A stretch of 64,000 nt of DNA from the human T2T-CHM13v2.0 reference genome, Homo sapiens. The stretch is from NCBI RefSeq assembly GCF_009914755.1, contig NC_060930.1. One strand, written 5' to 3'. The notes under the pieces were generated by a model. The model searched no databases, was not told where the DNA came from, and saw only the letters and a program-made list of their open reading frames with translations. Position numbers and translations under genes: made by a program. Of the stretch, positions 1 through 17,679 are shown in pieces (position 1 is the stretch's first letter; every line of letters starts with the position of its first letter).

Positions 1-1077
1 AGTAACTACTCCGACAGCACAGAGAAGCGATGGAGAAGGAAGGGAAGAAGGGAAAGCCACTGAATGGCCCACTTGAGACCAGAAAAGGTCAAAAGTTTGA
101 GGCAGATATAACGCATTTGGGGAGGACTGGGCATTCTCCTAACCAGACAGCAATCCTGCCGAAAATTAAAATGAGTAGAGTGTCTGTTCACCAACCAAAT
201 ATTAGAAAAAGGAAACAACATAATCTTGAAATGAACTCTGCAGCCTTTTAAAATTTAAAATCCATGACCCTACAGAAAGTTATGCAAATATTTTTTGTTT
301 CTAATTTTAGCAGAGAACAACACTGTCAGTCTGGAGTAAGTGACAAAAATAAGAAAGGGAAGTCTATCCTGATGCCCAGCCAGGGAAAAATGGGAAGAAA
401 GAGAAGAGAAGAGAAGAGACAGAGAGGTAAATGGGAAGGGAGAGGGTATGGGAATGAGCACACAGAAAACAGAGCTCCTGACTTTGTACGGTTAAAGCTG
501 TAAATGTTTTGTTCACCAAGTAGAGGAATCCATGCTTTTTCCAAATATAGACAGTACATTTGATAGGATACACAGCCAAGAGCTGTCTGCCCATGCTTGC
601 ACATGACCCTCAGGTGTTCCATGGACAAAGATTAGGGAGAGAGGGTGGCTCATGTGCCTCAACTGGTTCAGCAATGGGCAGCATCAGAAATAAGACAGTG
701 AGTGTGTGAGGGTAAGGGGGGAAGAGAGCTTAGTTCAAGAAAAGTATAAAAAGAAAAATAAACTCCTAGTTGAGTTTCTAAAGCCAAGTGGAATTAAACA
801 GGGTAAAGCACCGAGGGAAATTATACCAGGGAAAGTACACTTCCTGTCCTCTGTCTTTATCTGGAAACTATAATGCTTGCTGCAAGCTCCTCTAGGGACA
901 GGCAGGTTGCAGGTGAATTAAAGCAGTCCACAAACCACATGCCAATGTCTGCATTGCCCCTGGGGAAAGTCCTCTCCCCCTTCCTCCTCCCAGTCTCCTG
1001 GAGGTTTCTAGCACCATTGCTACCCTTGTACTCTCTGTGAATCCACCCCTTCATTGCCTTGCCCTCTTCACAGCTAG

Positions 1078-1414
<337 letters not shown>

Positions 1415-1880
1415 TAAAAGGTAACCATCTCTGTTTTCCTGCATAACTAGTCATCTAAGATGAAGTCTTGGATGAGTAAACAGGATTTTTACAAGATTGT
1501 TCATTGCCTTCTCTACTTCAAACATCAGCAGGGTAGATCTTTAGCTGTCTTGTCTCTGTTCAACCATTTAATCTCAATATGCCCAAAGATGTGGGGAAAC
1601 AGGTCAGTTTACAAGCATATGCTCTTCTGACTGGTTAGCAAAAAGTCTCAGGTGCAGTATTCTGACAGTGTGTTTTCTACCCACCCTATCTATAGAAACT
1701 GAAAATTTACAGAGGGAAAAAAAAGTTTTCACGCAAAGCTTATTCTTGCTGAATCTATTCAGGTACCTTCTATTTTGAATTTCAATTGCTACTTTTTCAA
1801 AATCTGATGACTGTTCTCAAGGCCTCAGTTTCCCTCTATGACTTGGCTATCTGATGGATGCAAAACAGGCACAGAGCTAC

Positions 1881-2265
1881 TGCTGTGGTTTGAACAGTTG
1901 TCCCCTCCAAGTGTCATGGTGAAATTTAATCTCCAATATGGGCGTATTGAGAGGTGGGGCCTCTAGGAGGTGACTGGGTCATGATGGCTCTGCTCTCATG
2001 AATGGATTAATCCATTAACAGGTTATCGCAGGAGTGGGACTGGTGACTAAAGAGGAAATGAGACCTAAGCTAGCCTCCTTGCCATGTGATACTCTGCACC
2101 ACCTTGAGACTCTGCAGAGAGTACCCACCAACAAGGAAGCTCTCACCAGATGCGCCCCCTTGACCTTGGACTTCTCCACCTCCAGAACAGTACAAAATAA
2201 ATTTCATTTCTCATAAATTACTCAGTTTCAGAAATCCTGTTTAAGCAACAGAAAATGGACTAAGC
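1881..2265 (+). mobile_element. MaLR LTR (MST/MLT1A-like)
   Basis: Starts tgctgtggtttgaa..tcccctccaa and ends agcaacagaaaatggactaag. Internal aataaa. Confidence 0.75.
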
Positions 2266-2337
2266 TACTGCCCTGCTGATCAGCCAGCCACCTGTACATG
2301 TGCACACCCAGATGACATATGCAAGAATGTTCAGACC

Positions 2338-2862
2338 ATGGTAGATGTTTCCAAAGATGGCCCCCATCAAGTCCTTACCCCTGTGCATGCATATGCCCCT
2401 TCTCCCATTCAGTTACCCCCCTTCCCTTGAGACTGAGTTGGTGCTGTAACTGCTTTTACCAATAGGATGCAGACAAAAATAATGTTCTGAGAATTTCGAG
2501 ATCAAAACCTAACAGACTGATAGCTTCCATGTCCTTCTTCTTGGAACATTCACTCATAGAATGCTCCCTCTCAGAACACAGATACCATGAGAGAAGTCCA
2601 ACCGGGTCATGTGGAGAGGCCACATGGAAAAGAACTGAGGCCCAACAGCCCACACCACCTTCCAGTCATGGGAATGAACCTTATTGGATGTTCCAGCTTT
2701 GTCAAACCCCCAGATGGCTTCAGACCCAACCAAGTTTATGTGAAACAGAAGAGTCACACAGCTGAACCCACTCAACCCACTAAATTGTGAGAGATAATAA
2801 CAGGTTGTTGTTTGAAGCCACTACACTTTTTTGTGGTTATGCCGCAACAGAAAAATGAAACG
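2338..2862 (+). mobile_element. MaLR LTR (MLT1-type)
   Basis: aagatggcccc start, gaggccacatgg..gaactgagg core, gtgagagataataa..ttgttgttt end. Confidence 0.7.
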
Positions 2863-3483
2863 CAGACCTCTCAAAATCACAAGTCCACACTGTGAATATA
2901 TAAATTTTAGCAAAGCACCCACTATAGGCCTGCTTCTTTAATATATATTTTCTCAGTTAATGCTCAAAACTATGCTAAGACATCAGCTTTCTCATGGCAG
3001 AGAGATTATGTAAGAGGCAGAACTGAAACTCAAGGCACACTTCCTGGCCCTAATTGATGTGTTTGTCTCACTGCATCTCAGAAGCTGGGACAAGTGACTC
3101 TGCGGGGTCAATTCTCAGCTCTCTGAACATGTATCTGCTTTGGGGATCAGTATTACCATGTGTGTTTTCAGGATCATGCTCTTCTATCATGTAGCCACCA
3201 ATGTGCGGCAATGGAGAACTTTTTATACAGTATCCTAACAAAAATTAGGAAGTCATCATTAGATTCCCCCAATCAAATGTATAAGACAGTACAGAAACAT
3301 AATAAAAGCACATCTAAAAGCCTCTTGGTAGATTCATGCATCAGATAAGATGATGGGTTATACAAACTCTGAAGTCCTTTTTCTTCCAGCAATCTATGAC
3401 CTGCCAAGCGCTGTGCATAATTCCTTACGTGCATGATCTCATTTAACTTTCTCAATAAGCCTATACTTATAAAGCAGAAACTG

Positions 3484-4011
<528 letters not shown>

Positions 4012-5429
4012 TAACTGCTTTTATCTCCACCTTATAGATGAGAAAACTAAGGCTTAGAGAAGCAAGAACACAGAAATAGTAAGTGGCAGAGCCAAGATTA
4101 AACACCACAGGTCTCCCAGATCCACAGTCTAAATTTTGTCATAAAATATACAGTTTCCATTCCTGCACTAGGAACATAATTTGTGGACTTGCTTGGATTA
4201 TACATATTCCAAGAAATTGTCCCAACTCCCAAAGAGCCATCCCAGCTGCACCACAGGTCATGAGGTGTGCAAGAATCTATCTGGTACAGCATAAAACCAT
4301 GGAAGCTGCAGGTAAAGCCAGAACCCAAGCCAACTTCCACTTCCCACCCTGGGGAGAAGTTGGAGACTGAGTGTATAAACACTAAGCCTACAAATCTGCA
4401 CCAACTGTTCTATGGAATAAACTTCTGAATTGCAGCTCTAGTTTATCTTTCAGAACAAGGCCAAGCAATAACTCCGTAAAGAAATGCCTACAAGGATGAC
4501 CTCTGGAAACACTTCATAATTTAAAAACCAGAATAGCTGGGCACCACTGATCCCACAGCCAAGTAGGTCAAGGCTGTGGCCCCTGCCAGTTCTACAAATT
4601 CATATCTGCTTTATCTGAATTCATTCAGGGTCATGAATAGAAGGGTAGGTTATCTGAAGTTCTGACGTCTTCCCTTCATTACCAGACATACCAGCCAACA
4701 ACTGGGTTTTAGGGTACTGAGTACAAGGACATCTGGCTCAACAAAACTGAACAAGTCAGAATTTGCGGTTGGGAACAGAGGTCATTAAAGGATTTACACA
4801 GCAAAGAGCATGTCAGTGTGATCTCCAAATTTAAGGTAACATTTCAGAGAAGGTTTCATATCAGATCAACATAAAACCAATTTAAATCTATAATAAACTC
4901 CATTTCTTCATCTTGTATCTTAATGCTAAAATGTACTCTGCAAAACACAGGATGCTAAACTATGCACCCTGGATATATTCACAGATAGGAATTACTTCCA
5001 GAAAGAGCATGAACTAGTAAGCATATTACAGGAAAATTAATTTTTATAAGTTTTTTTCTTACAAAAATCAGAGTCTTTACACAGTATCCTAACAAAAATT
5101 AGGAAGTTTCATTAGATTTCCACTATCAAATTTACAAGGCAATATAGAAACATAGTAAAAGCACATTTAAAAGCCACTTGGTAGATTTATGCATTAGATA
5201 AGGTGATAAATTATATGACCTCTAAAGTTCTATTTCATATATGTATATATATTTGCATAAGAAACTAAATCACAAAGGACAAGTTTATCTCTATAATAAA
5301 TCTTTCAAAAAATATTCTGACTTTCCACACTGAAATATTTAAGTTTTAGGTAAGAGGTAGATAAGGTAAGTGGTGATTCTCATTTATTTCAAAGCCAGAG
5401 TCTACTAACACCCATAATTCATAAGCACT

Positions 5430-5620
5430 AAACCCACGGGAAAGAGGGAAGGAAGACAACATAAAGGAGGGAAGGAGCAAAGAAATAAAGGAGAGAGAAT
5501 AGAAAGGAAGGAAGAAAAGAAAGGAAGGAGAAAGAAGGGAGGAAGGAGGAGGGAGGGGACTAAAGGAAGGGAGGGGTGAGGAAGGAGGAAGGAAGAGAGG
5601 AGGGCAGGGAGGGAAAACCA
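5430..5620. repeat. GA-rich low-complexity purine tract
   Basis: Nearly pure A/G run. Confidence 0.85.
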
Positions 5621-5849
5621 CCCACCGCTGGGCTGTGATAAATGACAATAAATCCCAAAACCCTGAAAACCTGAAAACTGCAATCTACAATTCACTGATC
5701 AGTTCAGTAGTCACTAGGTAAGAAGCAAAACTTGAGTCCAGCTGTCATGAAAATCAAGAAATGTAAATGAAACAAAAAGGAAAAAAAAATGTCATGACAA
5801 AAGAAAGAATATCGGGGACAGTTAAAAATAGGAGGAAGATCTAACTGCC

Positions 5850-7720
<1,871 letters not shown>

Positions 7721-7904
7721 AAAATAGAAGAGAGAAGTATACAGAAGTGGGTTAGGGGTAACAGTAAACAGAAAAACAAATAGGAGAGGGAAGAGGGAAG
7801 CCCACCAGCACTGAGTATTCAATGGGCAGGCTCCATATCACATTCACTTTTTATCCCTAACGTCTGGCACTGGCACACAAGGCTGACCCAACCAATGTGC
7901 ACTG

Positions 7905-8140
7905 AAGGAAGGGAGGAAGGGAAGGAAGGAAGGAAGGAAGGAAGGAAGGAAGGAAGGAAGGAAGGAAGGAAGGAAGGGAGGGAGGGAGGGAGGGGACGGG
8001 AGGGAGGGAGGGAAGGGAGGGAGGGAGGGAGGGAGGGGAAGGGGAAGTGGAAGTGGAGAGAAGGGAAGGGAAAGGAAGGAGAAAGGGAGGGAGGGAAGGA
8101 GGAAGAGAAAAAGAGACAGTGGGAGGAAGGAAGGAAAAGG
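7905..8140. repeat. (GGAA)14 microsatellite within a G/A-rich tract
   Basis: 14 perfect GGAA units at 7920-7975, followed by GGGA-type units. Confidence 0.93.
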
Positions 8141-8769
8141 TGAAGTTTAAAATAGACAGCTACTATATACATCAGTAAGTCCTATGCTACACTAACAGTG
8201 ACTAAAAGACTGCTACTCAGTTTGCCTCTTCCTGCAATGGAAGGGGAGACCATGTTCAAAATAGGTTTCAAAATATTTGGCTTTATAATGGCCTCCCTTT
8301 TTATTTTTATTTATTTTTATTTTTTGAGACAGAGACCATGTTTATTTTTTTGAGACCATGTTGGGGCATCTCTCCCCTAATGGATGGACTGAGGCATATG
8401 GTAAAAGGGAACTCTAAGCCCCTTTCACAAATTATATTACAGTATAATACAATACATACAGAACAGTGCACTGTTTATAATAGCAATTCTGGGCAAAGTA
8501 GAAAAGGTTAAATTATCTTCAGTATAATCCTTAAAAGCAAGGGAAAAGATTTTTCATACAAATAACTGATATATTTCAGACCATGCCATGACCAAATACT
8601 ATGTGTTATTTAAAGAAATGTTAAGTTTATAAATTTCACTTAGCCCAAAAATTGTTTCTTCTCATCAATCATAGTACATTTCAATACAGACGTATTACTT
8701 TTCCTATATCATACAACAAAATAAATTCAAAATGGAGGTAAGAGTCAAGTGTAAAAATAAAATATATTA

Positions 8770-8950
<181 letters not shown>

Positions 8951-9498
8951 ATAAAACACAAATGAATACTTCTCGGATATATGTATGAAGCAAGAATCTG
9001 CACTTAAAAGGGATAATTTTGACTAATTAAAAAATCTGTCAGGAATTCACACAAAAATTATCATAAACATAAAACTGAGGAAAAATATAATAAATTTTTA
9101 AAAACAAAGGGATAATATTCTTAATATGTATACAACTCCTTATTATATTAAAGGAATCTAAAGCACATTTCTGGTTTTAAACACTAGATGTCATTTAATG
9201 TGATGTTAGGAACTAGACATGGAAACCAATTTCTGTATGAAAGTACGTTTGAGGCTCCTGTGGGCCAGCCAGCAGGTATGGAGAGTAGAGCAGATGCTTA
9301 ACCTACAGCTCTGAGGTCTGGGCTACAAATATGAATTAGGGAGTCATCCGATACTCAAAAAGGCATTTTCTTCATTTCACATGAACCAAAGGAATGAAAC
9401 CTAGCTGATTTCCCCCTACTGCAAACAGACAACTTACTACACTAATCTCATTATTATTATTATCATTATTATTGCTGTCATCAAAAAGCACTCTGTAC

Positions 9499-9976
9499 TG
9501 AGGTAGAAGTCAGGACTTGACTCCAGAGGTGGGGCTTGGACACCGGACCAGATTGAGGACTAGCTAAAACAAAGCCAGAGCAGAAGCAGCTGTCAACAAC
9601 AAAATGACATGCCCACCAGTGTGCCATGTCAATTTACTGTTGCCATAGCAATACCAGGGAGTTACCACCCCTTTCCATGGCAATGACCTAGTGACCCAAA
9701 AGTTACTACCCTTTCCTGAGAAATTTCTGCAAAAACAACCCCTTAATCTGCATGCAATTAAAAGTAGGTATAAATATGACTGCAAAGCTGCCCTGAGCTA
9801 CTACTCTCTGCCTACTGGGTAGGCGTGCTCTGAAGAAGCAGTCACAGAGCTGTAACACTGCCTCTTCAATAAAGCTGTTTTCTTCTACCTCTGGCTTGCC
9901 CTTGAATTCTTTCCTGGGCAAAGCCAAGAACCCTCATGGGCTAAGCTCCACTTTGGGTCTCGCCTACCCTGCAGCA
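9499..9976 (+). mobile_element. ERV1 solo LTR (MER66-like)
   Basis: TG...CA ends, gattgaggactagctaaaac motif, TATA at about 9769, AATAAA at 9868-9873. Family assigned from recall. Confidence 0.7.
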
Positions 9977-10095
9977 GCTCTATCTCAACAACCCGATATT
10001 TTAAAATATGTTCTTTTTTGAAAATCCATGTTTCCAACCTGAGAGCTGATTTTCAAAATAGGTTTTCAAAATATTTGGCTTTATAATGGTCTCCC

Positions 10096-10397
10096 TTTTT
10101 ATTTTTTTTTTATTTTTTGAGACACAGTCTTGCTCCATCACTCAGGCTGGAGTGCAGTGGCTCACTGCAACCTCTGCTTCCCAGGTTCAAGCGATTCTCC
10201 TGCCTCAGCCTCCCAACTAGCTGGGACTACAGGCGTGTGCCACCACGCCCAATTAATTTTTGTATTTTTTAGTAGAAATGGGGGGGGGGGGTTTACCATG
10301 TTGGCCAGGCTGGTCTCGAACTCCCAACCTCAGGTGATCTGCGCCCCTCGGCCTCCCAAAGTCCTGGGATTACAGGCGTGAGCCACCACACCCAGCC
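10096..10397 (-). mobile_element. AluS with TSD approx. TGGTCTCCC
   Basis: Full dimer in reverse orientation. Confidence 0.9.
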
Positions 10398-11801
10398 TGT
10401 GGTCTCCCATTATTTTGAGGGGGGGGGAGACCTTAGTCCCTAGTAAAGTAATTCTCTAGCATATTAAGTATATGAAATGTTTCTATGCAAATGTGTTCCT
10501 TCCTACCCTACTGTGGTAAGCATGGCACAGAAGACCCTGTAGAAGATATCATCAGAAACAGCAGTCAATACTGTGCACCTCTCTGTATACAGATAAGGCA
10601 GAAGGGAGTTCATTCCAAGATGTGCAGTAAAATAATTCAGAAAAGGATGGTTGGGGGCAGTGGCGGGGGGCTTCTTTTTGAAATGAATGAACAGACAATG
10701 AAAATGAATGAATGCACATACAGTAGTGAGACAATGCAGGTTAATCCAGGGTTTACTTCAGTAATCTACTGACAGCAGCCCTCCACTGAGGAGGGGTTAG
10801 GAAGCTTAAGATGAAGAAAACCTAAAAATCAAGCCGAGTTTTGAAAAAATGTTAACTGTTTCCACTGTAAGTTTACAAAGTAAGGTGGCAAACTGAGCAA
10901 AATAAATCTCATTTTTAAAAATGAATCATGTTCACTGTTATGCAGCCAGCATTATGAGCAATTAAGTGTTTCAAGTGGTTGAGAAAACAAGAAAGGCGTT
11001 TCAGGTTCCAGTTCCTATTCTTGAGCTTTCAAAAGCCTGTGAAATCTGGCCATTGGGGACAGATGCATGGAAGACTTAACTGGCCTGAGAGATGGGCACT
11101 TTCCCTTCCTGAAGAAGTCCTACACCTCTGTAAATTGGGTTCAAGCCAGTCAAGAATTCTCAACTTAAGCTGTATCAGTGTGAATTCAAATTTCTCTAAG
11201 TTAAGAGATTCTCGGAAGGAAAAACAACTCTATTTTCAGTCAATTAAAATTAGCAAGAAAACAAGTACATTTACAAAGGGTCATGCTCCAGAAGTTATTC
11301 TCATAAGAAAGTGGTTGGGAATTTGCCTTCCACGTTCCCATGGAAACCCTGTTAAATAACACCTGAGCCCACAAAGGCCTACTGACCTCATCCCATCTGA
11401 GGCATGAATACCAGCAGCCAGGCCACGTGCCTTACCTTGGGAGTAGCCTGCACCGCTTCCAGAGACTGCCTTCTCTCTGCTTTCCTCGTGAACACATTTC
11501 TTTAAATAACACTCCCTGTTACATGCCTTCTGTTGTTCTCCAGAAATCAGTCAAGTCACCGTACCTGACATCTACCACCACCTGCTTTCCTGAAACTGCT
11601 CTGGCAAAGTTATCAGGGGTTTTCTGATCTCCAAGTCCAGTTATTTCTCTGAAACATTCAACTTCACTGACCTTCGGACAAGCCCTCTTTGCATTGCTTT
11701 TAGAGCTAATCCCTTCTCTCTCTCCCTCTCTGAACTTTCTCTCATCTGTTGTGCCATCTTACCATCTTCCCTTTCTCACTAGATGATGCCTTCCTTTGCC
11801 C

Positions 11802-12140
11802 ATTTTTTGTTGTTGTTGTTGTTGGTTGGTTCGTTGGTTGTTTTCTGAGACAGAGTCTGGCTGTTTCACCCAGGCTGGAGTGCAGTGGTACGATCTCAGC
11901 TCACTGCAGCCTCTGCCTCCTGGGTTCAAGTGATTCTCATGCCTAAGCCTCCCAAGTAACTGGGACCACAGGCGGGTGCCACCACACCCAGCTAATTTTT
12001 CTATTTTTAGTAAAGATGGGGTTTCTCCACGTTGGCCAGGCTGGTCTCAAACACCTGGTCTCAAACATCAGGTGATCTGCCTGCCTCAGCCTCCCAAAGT
12101 GCTGGGATTACATTACAGGCATGAGTCACCATGCCCCGCC
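11802..12140 (-). mobile_element. Alu with (GTT)n tail, within L2-like sequence
   Basis: Alu dimer motifs. Flanking L2-like aagtgctcaataaatgttag. Confidence 0.85.
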
Positions 12141-12434
12141 GTCCATCTTTAAATGCCAGTGTTTCCTTAGTTCTATCATAGGGCTTCTCTTTATCCTACC
12201 CCTTCCTTATGGAGAGACTCATTTTTTCCATGATTTATTATAAAATGCCTGGCACATGTTAAGTGCTCAATAAATGTTAGCTTTCATCATTATCCTTCAA
12301 AACCCAGTTCAAATGTCACCTCCTGTCCAATGTCTTAGCCAACCTCCTCCACACTTCCTTCTCCTCCTGAAGAATCCTCCATGATTTGTGCTCTCAAAGA
12401 ACCTTACATAAACCTCTAGTATAACAATTAGCAC

Positions 12435-12659
12435 CAGCCTAGGCAACATGGCAAAACCCCATCTCTACAAAAAAAGAATTAAAAAATTAGCCAGCATGGT
12501 GGCACACACCTGTGATCCCAGCTACTCAGAAGGCTGAAGTGGGAGGATCGCCTGAGCCCAAGGAGGTTACGGCTGCAGTGAGCTGTGATCGCACCACTGC
12601 ACTCCAGCCTGGGTGACAGAGTGACTCAGTCTCAAATTTTTTAAAAAACAACAACAACA
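12435..12659 (+). mobile_element. 5'-truncated AluJ with TSD AACAATTAGCAC
   Basis: TSD at 12423-12434 and 12660-12671. Confidence 0.85.
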
Positions 12660-14414
12660 AACAATTAGCACAATATATATAATACGTTCATAGGCTGGTC
12701 TCCCTTACCAGACTGTGAGCCGCTCCAGGAAAGGGATGACATCATTGAATTGTATTCTACAAACATCATTAAGTGTCATCTACAGGTCACACACTGATAC
12801 AGAAGACCTGGGGCATGTCAAGAACCATAAAATGTGATCTTTGTCATTAACTCACACTTAAGCAGAAAAAGCAGACATCAAAACCAATAACTAAAACACC
12901 ACTGGGGGGAAAGTGTGATATTCATTCAATCAATCAATCTGTATCAAGTGCCAAGCACTCCATTAGGTACTAGAGGTGCAGGGTTAACAAGACAGAAAAA
13001 GAGACATGGAACTATATTCTAATGATTCTTTAAAAAACCAGAAACTGCTCCTTGTTTGTCAGATGTTTCTAACAAAAGGTTTTTCATTATTGTGTAAATT
13101 GGACTTGACTTTTTCAGTTGTTCCTTCTTAGTCATATCACGTATGATGCAAGACCTATGGAGCAACAGCTTTCTTTATATCTCCCAAAGAATCAAGCATG
13201 ATTTGAATACTGAATCCTTAAAGCAAATCAAAATTTATTTAACAGCCTTCAGAGGTCATTTCAAGAGGGAATAGATAGGGCTGCTAACAGAAATATGAAT
13301 TAAAAAAAAATTCAGATCTTAGAGAATAAAAATAGAAGGATAAATAGTTCCAAGATTATTCATACCTTAAAAGAAAAAGAATGCTAAGGTCAAGCTTATA
13401 AGCAACTAGGCAATGTGCTGGATTCAGGAAGAAATTTACCTGGTGACCACATATTAGGTATAGATTATGGCTCAAAAGTTGGGTAATACTTTTTGCTGTG
13501 GCTAAATGGGACAATGACAAGTCTTGAAAAAATAATTCTCATAGACTAAATATTAAGTCATTAGAAGCTTGTAACCTAGTCCAGGTCTCAAATTAGGCTT
13601 TCGGCACGTAGACCAGGTAACTGAAAACTGAAAGCAGATGAGAGTCTCGAATTCTCCTGTCATAGCCTTTTTCTTCTTCTATGCTCTCAGAAAACCTCCT
13701 CATATTAAATGTGGCATATCCTCTGGCACAGAACTCTTTGGGTAACATGCACCTAACTCCCCTGATAATAAACCATGGAGAATAACCCAAAGAACATACA
13801 GTGTGAAAACAGAAAAATCATGATTGCTTCATACATCCACTCCTGCAAACTTAGTCCAATGTGTCTAATGATGTTTTTAGAGGAACATACAAGCCTATTA
13901 AATAGTTGTGGCCTGGGAAAACTAAGGCATGGCAATATACAAATACCACAGTGCAATTTTGCTTGAAAATTCTCAAGCGATGTCACAACACGGTGGCAAC
14001 AGCTTTTGTGTGTACAATGCATTCCCTTCTGGGATCACTTGAAGATGAGATCTGGCCCTTCTTGGGCTACTTCAAATTAGAAGTTAACTTGCCTGCAAAC
14101 AGGTAATGATAAGAAGATCCAATCCTGAATAATCAAGAGATTATCCATCAAGAAGAGTGTTCATTATTTAACATGATAAAAACCTATTTCGTTAATAAAA
14201 CCTACACTAAGTGGAGAGTCCTGAGTTCTATGAAGCTTGGAAATTGTGAGGCTGTACTTTCTCATTACTTATGTATATTTCACCCAGCAGTGAAAATGTC
14301 TCTTCAGGTAAACCAAGGAGATACATCAATATCTTAATTTTAGTTCCAAGTGTATACACGATTCGTCTAAAGTAGAAGAGTGTCACTTGTATGCTATTAT
14401 GGTTTTGGGGTTGT

Positions 14415-14724
14415 CTTTTATTTTTTATTTATTTATTTATTTTTGAGACAGGACATTGCTGTCACCCAGGCTGGAGTGCAGTGGCGCAATTATGGCTCAC
14501 TGCAGCCTCTGCCTCTCTGGCTCAAAGTGATCCTCCCACCTCAGCCTCCTGAGTAGCTGGGACTACAGGTGTGTACCACCACAACCAGCAAATTTTTATA
14601 TTTTTTGTAAAGAAGAGGTCTCACCACGTTGCCCATTCTAGTCTTGAACTCTTGTGCTCAAGCGATCCACCAGCTTCTGCCTCCCAAAGTGCTGGGATTA
14701 TAGGCATGAGCCACTGCACCTGGC
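14415..14724 (-). mobile_element. AluJ
   Basis: Full reverse dimer. Confidence 0.88.
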
Positions 14725-17058
14725 TGCTATTAAGGTTTAATCTTCTTAAAGATTTCACAAATGGGCACCAAATGAGCCACAGGTGAGGATGTTATAAATT
14801 TAACCGTAATACTCCTGGAAGGTTACTTAAGCTCAAACCTCCAACACCGACAAATTCTTTAGCTTGGAGTTGTCTCCCTTTTGCCTGCCCTCTGTTGCCC
14901 TTTATTTGAATATATGCTGAACGGATTGGTAAGACTAACACAATGGTCCTGTAAGTTAAATGGTAATCAAGTCAAAATTGTAAGTGACTGCAAAGATTTC
15001 TTAATGCTGACAGCCCTTACTTTTAGACTTTGGAAATACAGACAACGCAGATCTGCAAAATGACATTCTAATCATCACGGCAGGATCGGTCCTTGGGTAA
15101 CCCACTCATATGTCATATTTAATGGCTAAATGAGTTTTCTATACTACTGGTTTTATAAGGGAAAGAAGAGTCTGGAACTCTCTTAACAGTCTAGGATAGT
15201 ATTTCTTTTCCAATTTTATTTCAGATTTACCAACTGCCAAGTGTACTTCAAACACATAAAATATTGGTAGCACTGAGTTGCTCAGCAAGAAAAGTCAAGC
15301 CAACTATTCTTGTCATAACTCATGTGCAAGCTACAACCTTGTTCTCTTTCACTAGGTCAAGCCAAGCAACTTGTGCCCCAACCCTGCTTTGCAATAATAT
15401 ACACACGCTAAGAGATATATCAGTTTTTAAAACCAGACTCCAGGCTCCTCTAGAGTATCTACAAATCTTTTTCTTATTCAAATTCTATGTATACAGTAAA
15501 CACTGGGTCACTGTATCTGGGAAACTGACCAGGAGGTGTTTTGTTGTTTAATTTTTTGAGACAGGGTCTCCGTTTGCCCAGGCTAAAGTGCAGTGGTGCA
15601 ATTGCAGCTCACTGCAGCCTGAAAAATTAAAATCCTACTGTCCATATTTGAAACCCGAATTTTCCCTGGATCAACCAAAGCTAGTTTCCCAAGACCAATT
15701 TCCTAAAAATCTAGGAGATGTCATGGAAGAACTAACGCACATCAACTGTATGTATGTGACTCAAAAACAATCAGAAATGTTACATAAATGTTTAAAAAAG
15801 AAATGTTATATAAAGTATACATTCATTAATGTGACTTAGAACCTTCAGAGGTAGCCCAGATTTCTCCATTAGAACATGTTTTATGTATATCAAATTACAG
15901 ATATGGTTCTGCATTGACAACGCATCTACTACATCTGCCTTTATTATCTAAAGGAACCTGGTTTGTTTATTTTCTATTCTTATTCTGGCCCAGCCTTCGA
16001 ATGCTTGGCATTCAGGTTGACAATTTTCTGTCAGCCAAGAACCACACACTCCACATCATCAACAAGCAAGCAACACAATTTTATTATGTAACACGGGTGA
16101 GAAAAATACCAAATTGAAATTATGTTGTTGGCATATTTTAATTATCTAAAACAACCTAGATTTTTTCACAAGCTGAAAAGATTAATACAAAGGACTTCAA
16201 ATTCCACTACTAGGAAAATAATATATTTTTTAAAAGGTTCTAAATCTCAGGCAATAACTCTTATTTGTTTCCCTAAGAGTCAGTATAAACAAGTTCTTCT
16301 TAATTAAAGAATCATAATACCCCTCTTGGAAGTAAATTTAATAATATTTTACCTGTATTTATAAGAGATCTGAAAGGTTTTTAATACAATCTTGGAATTT
16401 ATATACGTAATTTTCATTATGATACTGATTTCATTAAAAAAATAAGTGGGGGTCTAATGCATATTATACTATTGTGAAAGATTTTTATTTTTGATGCATT
16501 TTCACATCTTTTATAGCAGTAATAAACCCTGTTCTCAAGTGCACAGTTCAATGAAATGATCTACATTATGAAGTCCTTAAAATACTCCCTCAGATTTTTT
16601 ACTTATTCATTACTTAGTTCACTATATAATCTTGCATGTTGTAGGCTCCCAACAATTATTTATTAAATTGCTGAATTCAAATAATAGACTGTAAAATAAT
16701 AAAAGGCAGAAATCACACCTTTTTAACCTAATTTTATATAGACCTTAGATATCTTGCAGATTTTAAGTAGCCAAAAAATGTCTGCTGATGTGATGCCTGT
16801 AATCATGATAGTAATAGTTATTTCAATCTTTTCAAATAGAAAATGTATTTCTGTGAGACAGGAGAACATAAGTTATAAGTGAATAGATTCCGGAATCTGA
16901 CAGACTTGGGTTCAGAATTGGATTCTGCCCCTCAGTAGCTATGTGACACTGAGACCACTGTTGGTAACAGTTTCAGGGTCTCAGTTTTTGTTTCCCCAAA
17001 CAAAAAAACTGATCGACTGATGCTATCTGCCTCATAAAGTTGTTTTAAAGATTAAATA

Positions 17059-17679
<621 letters not shown>

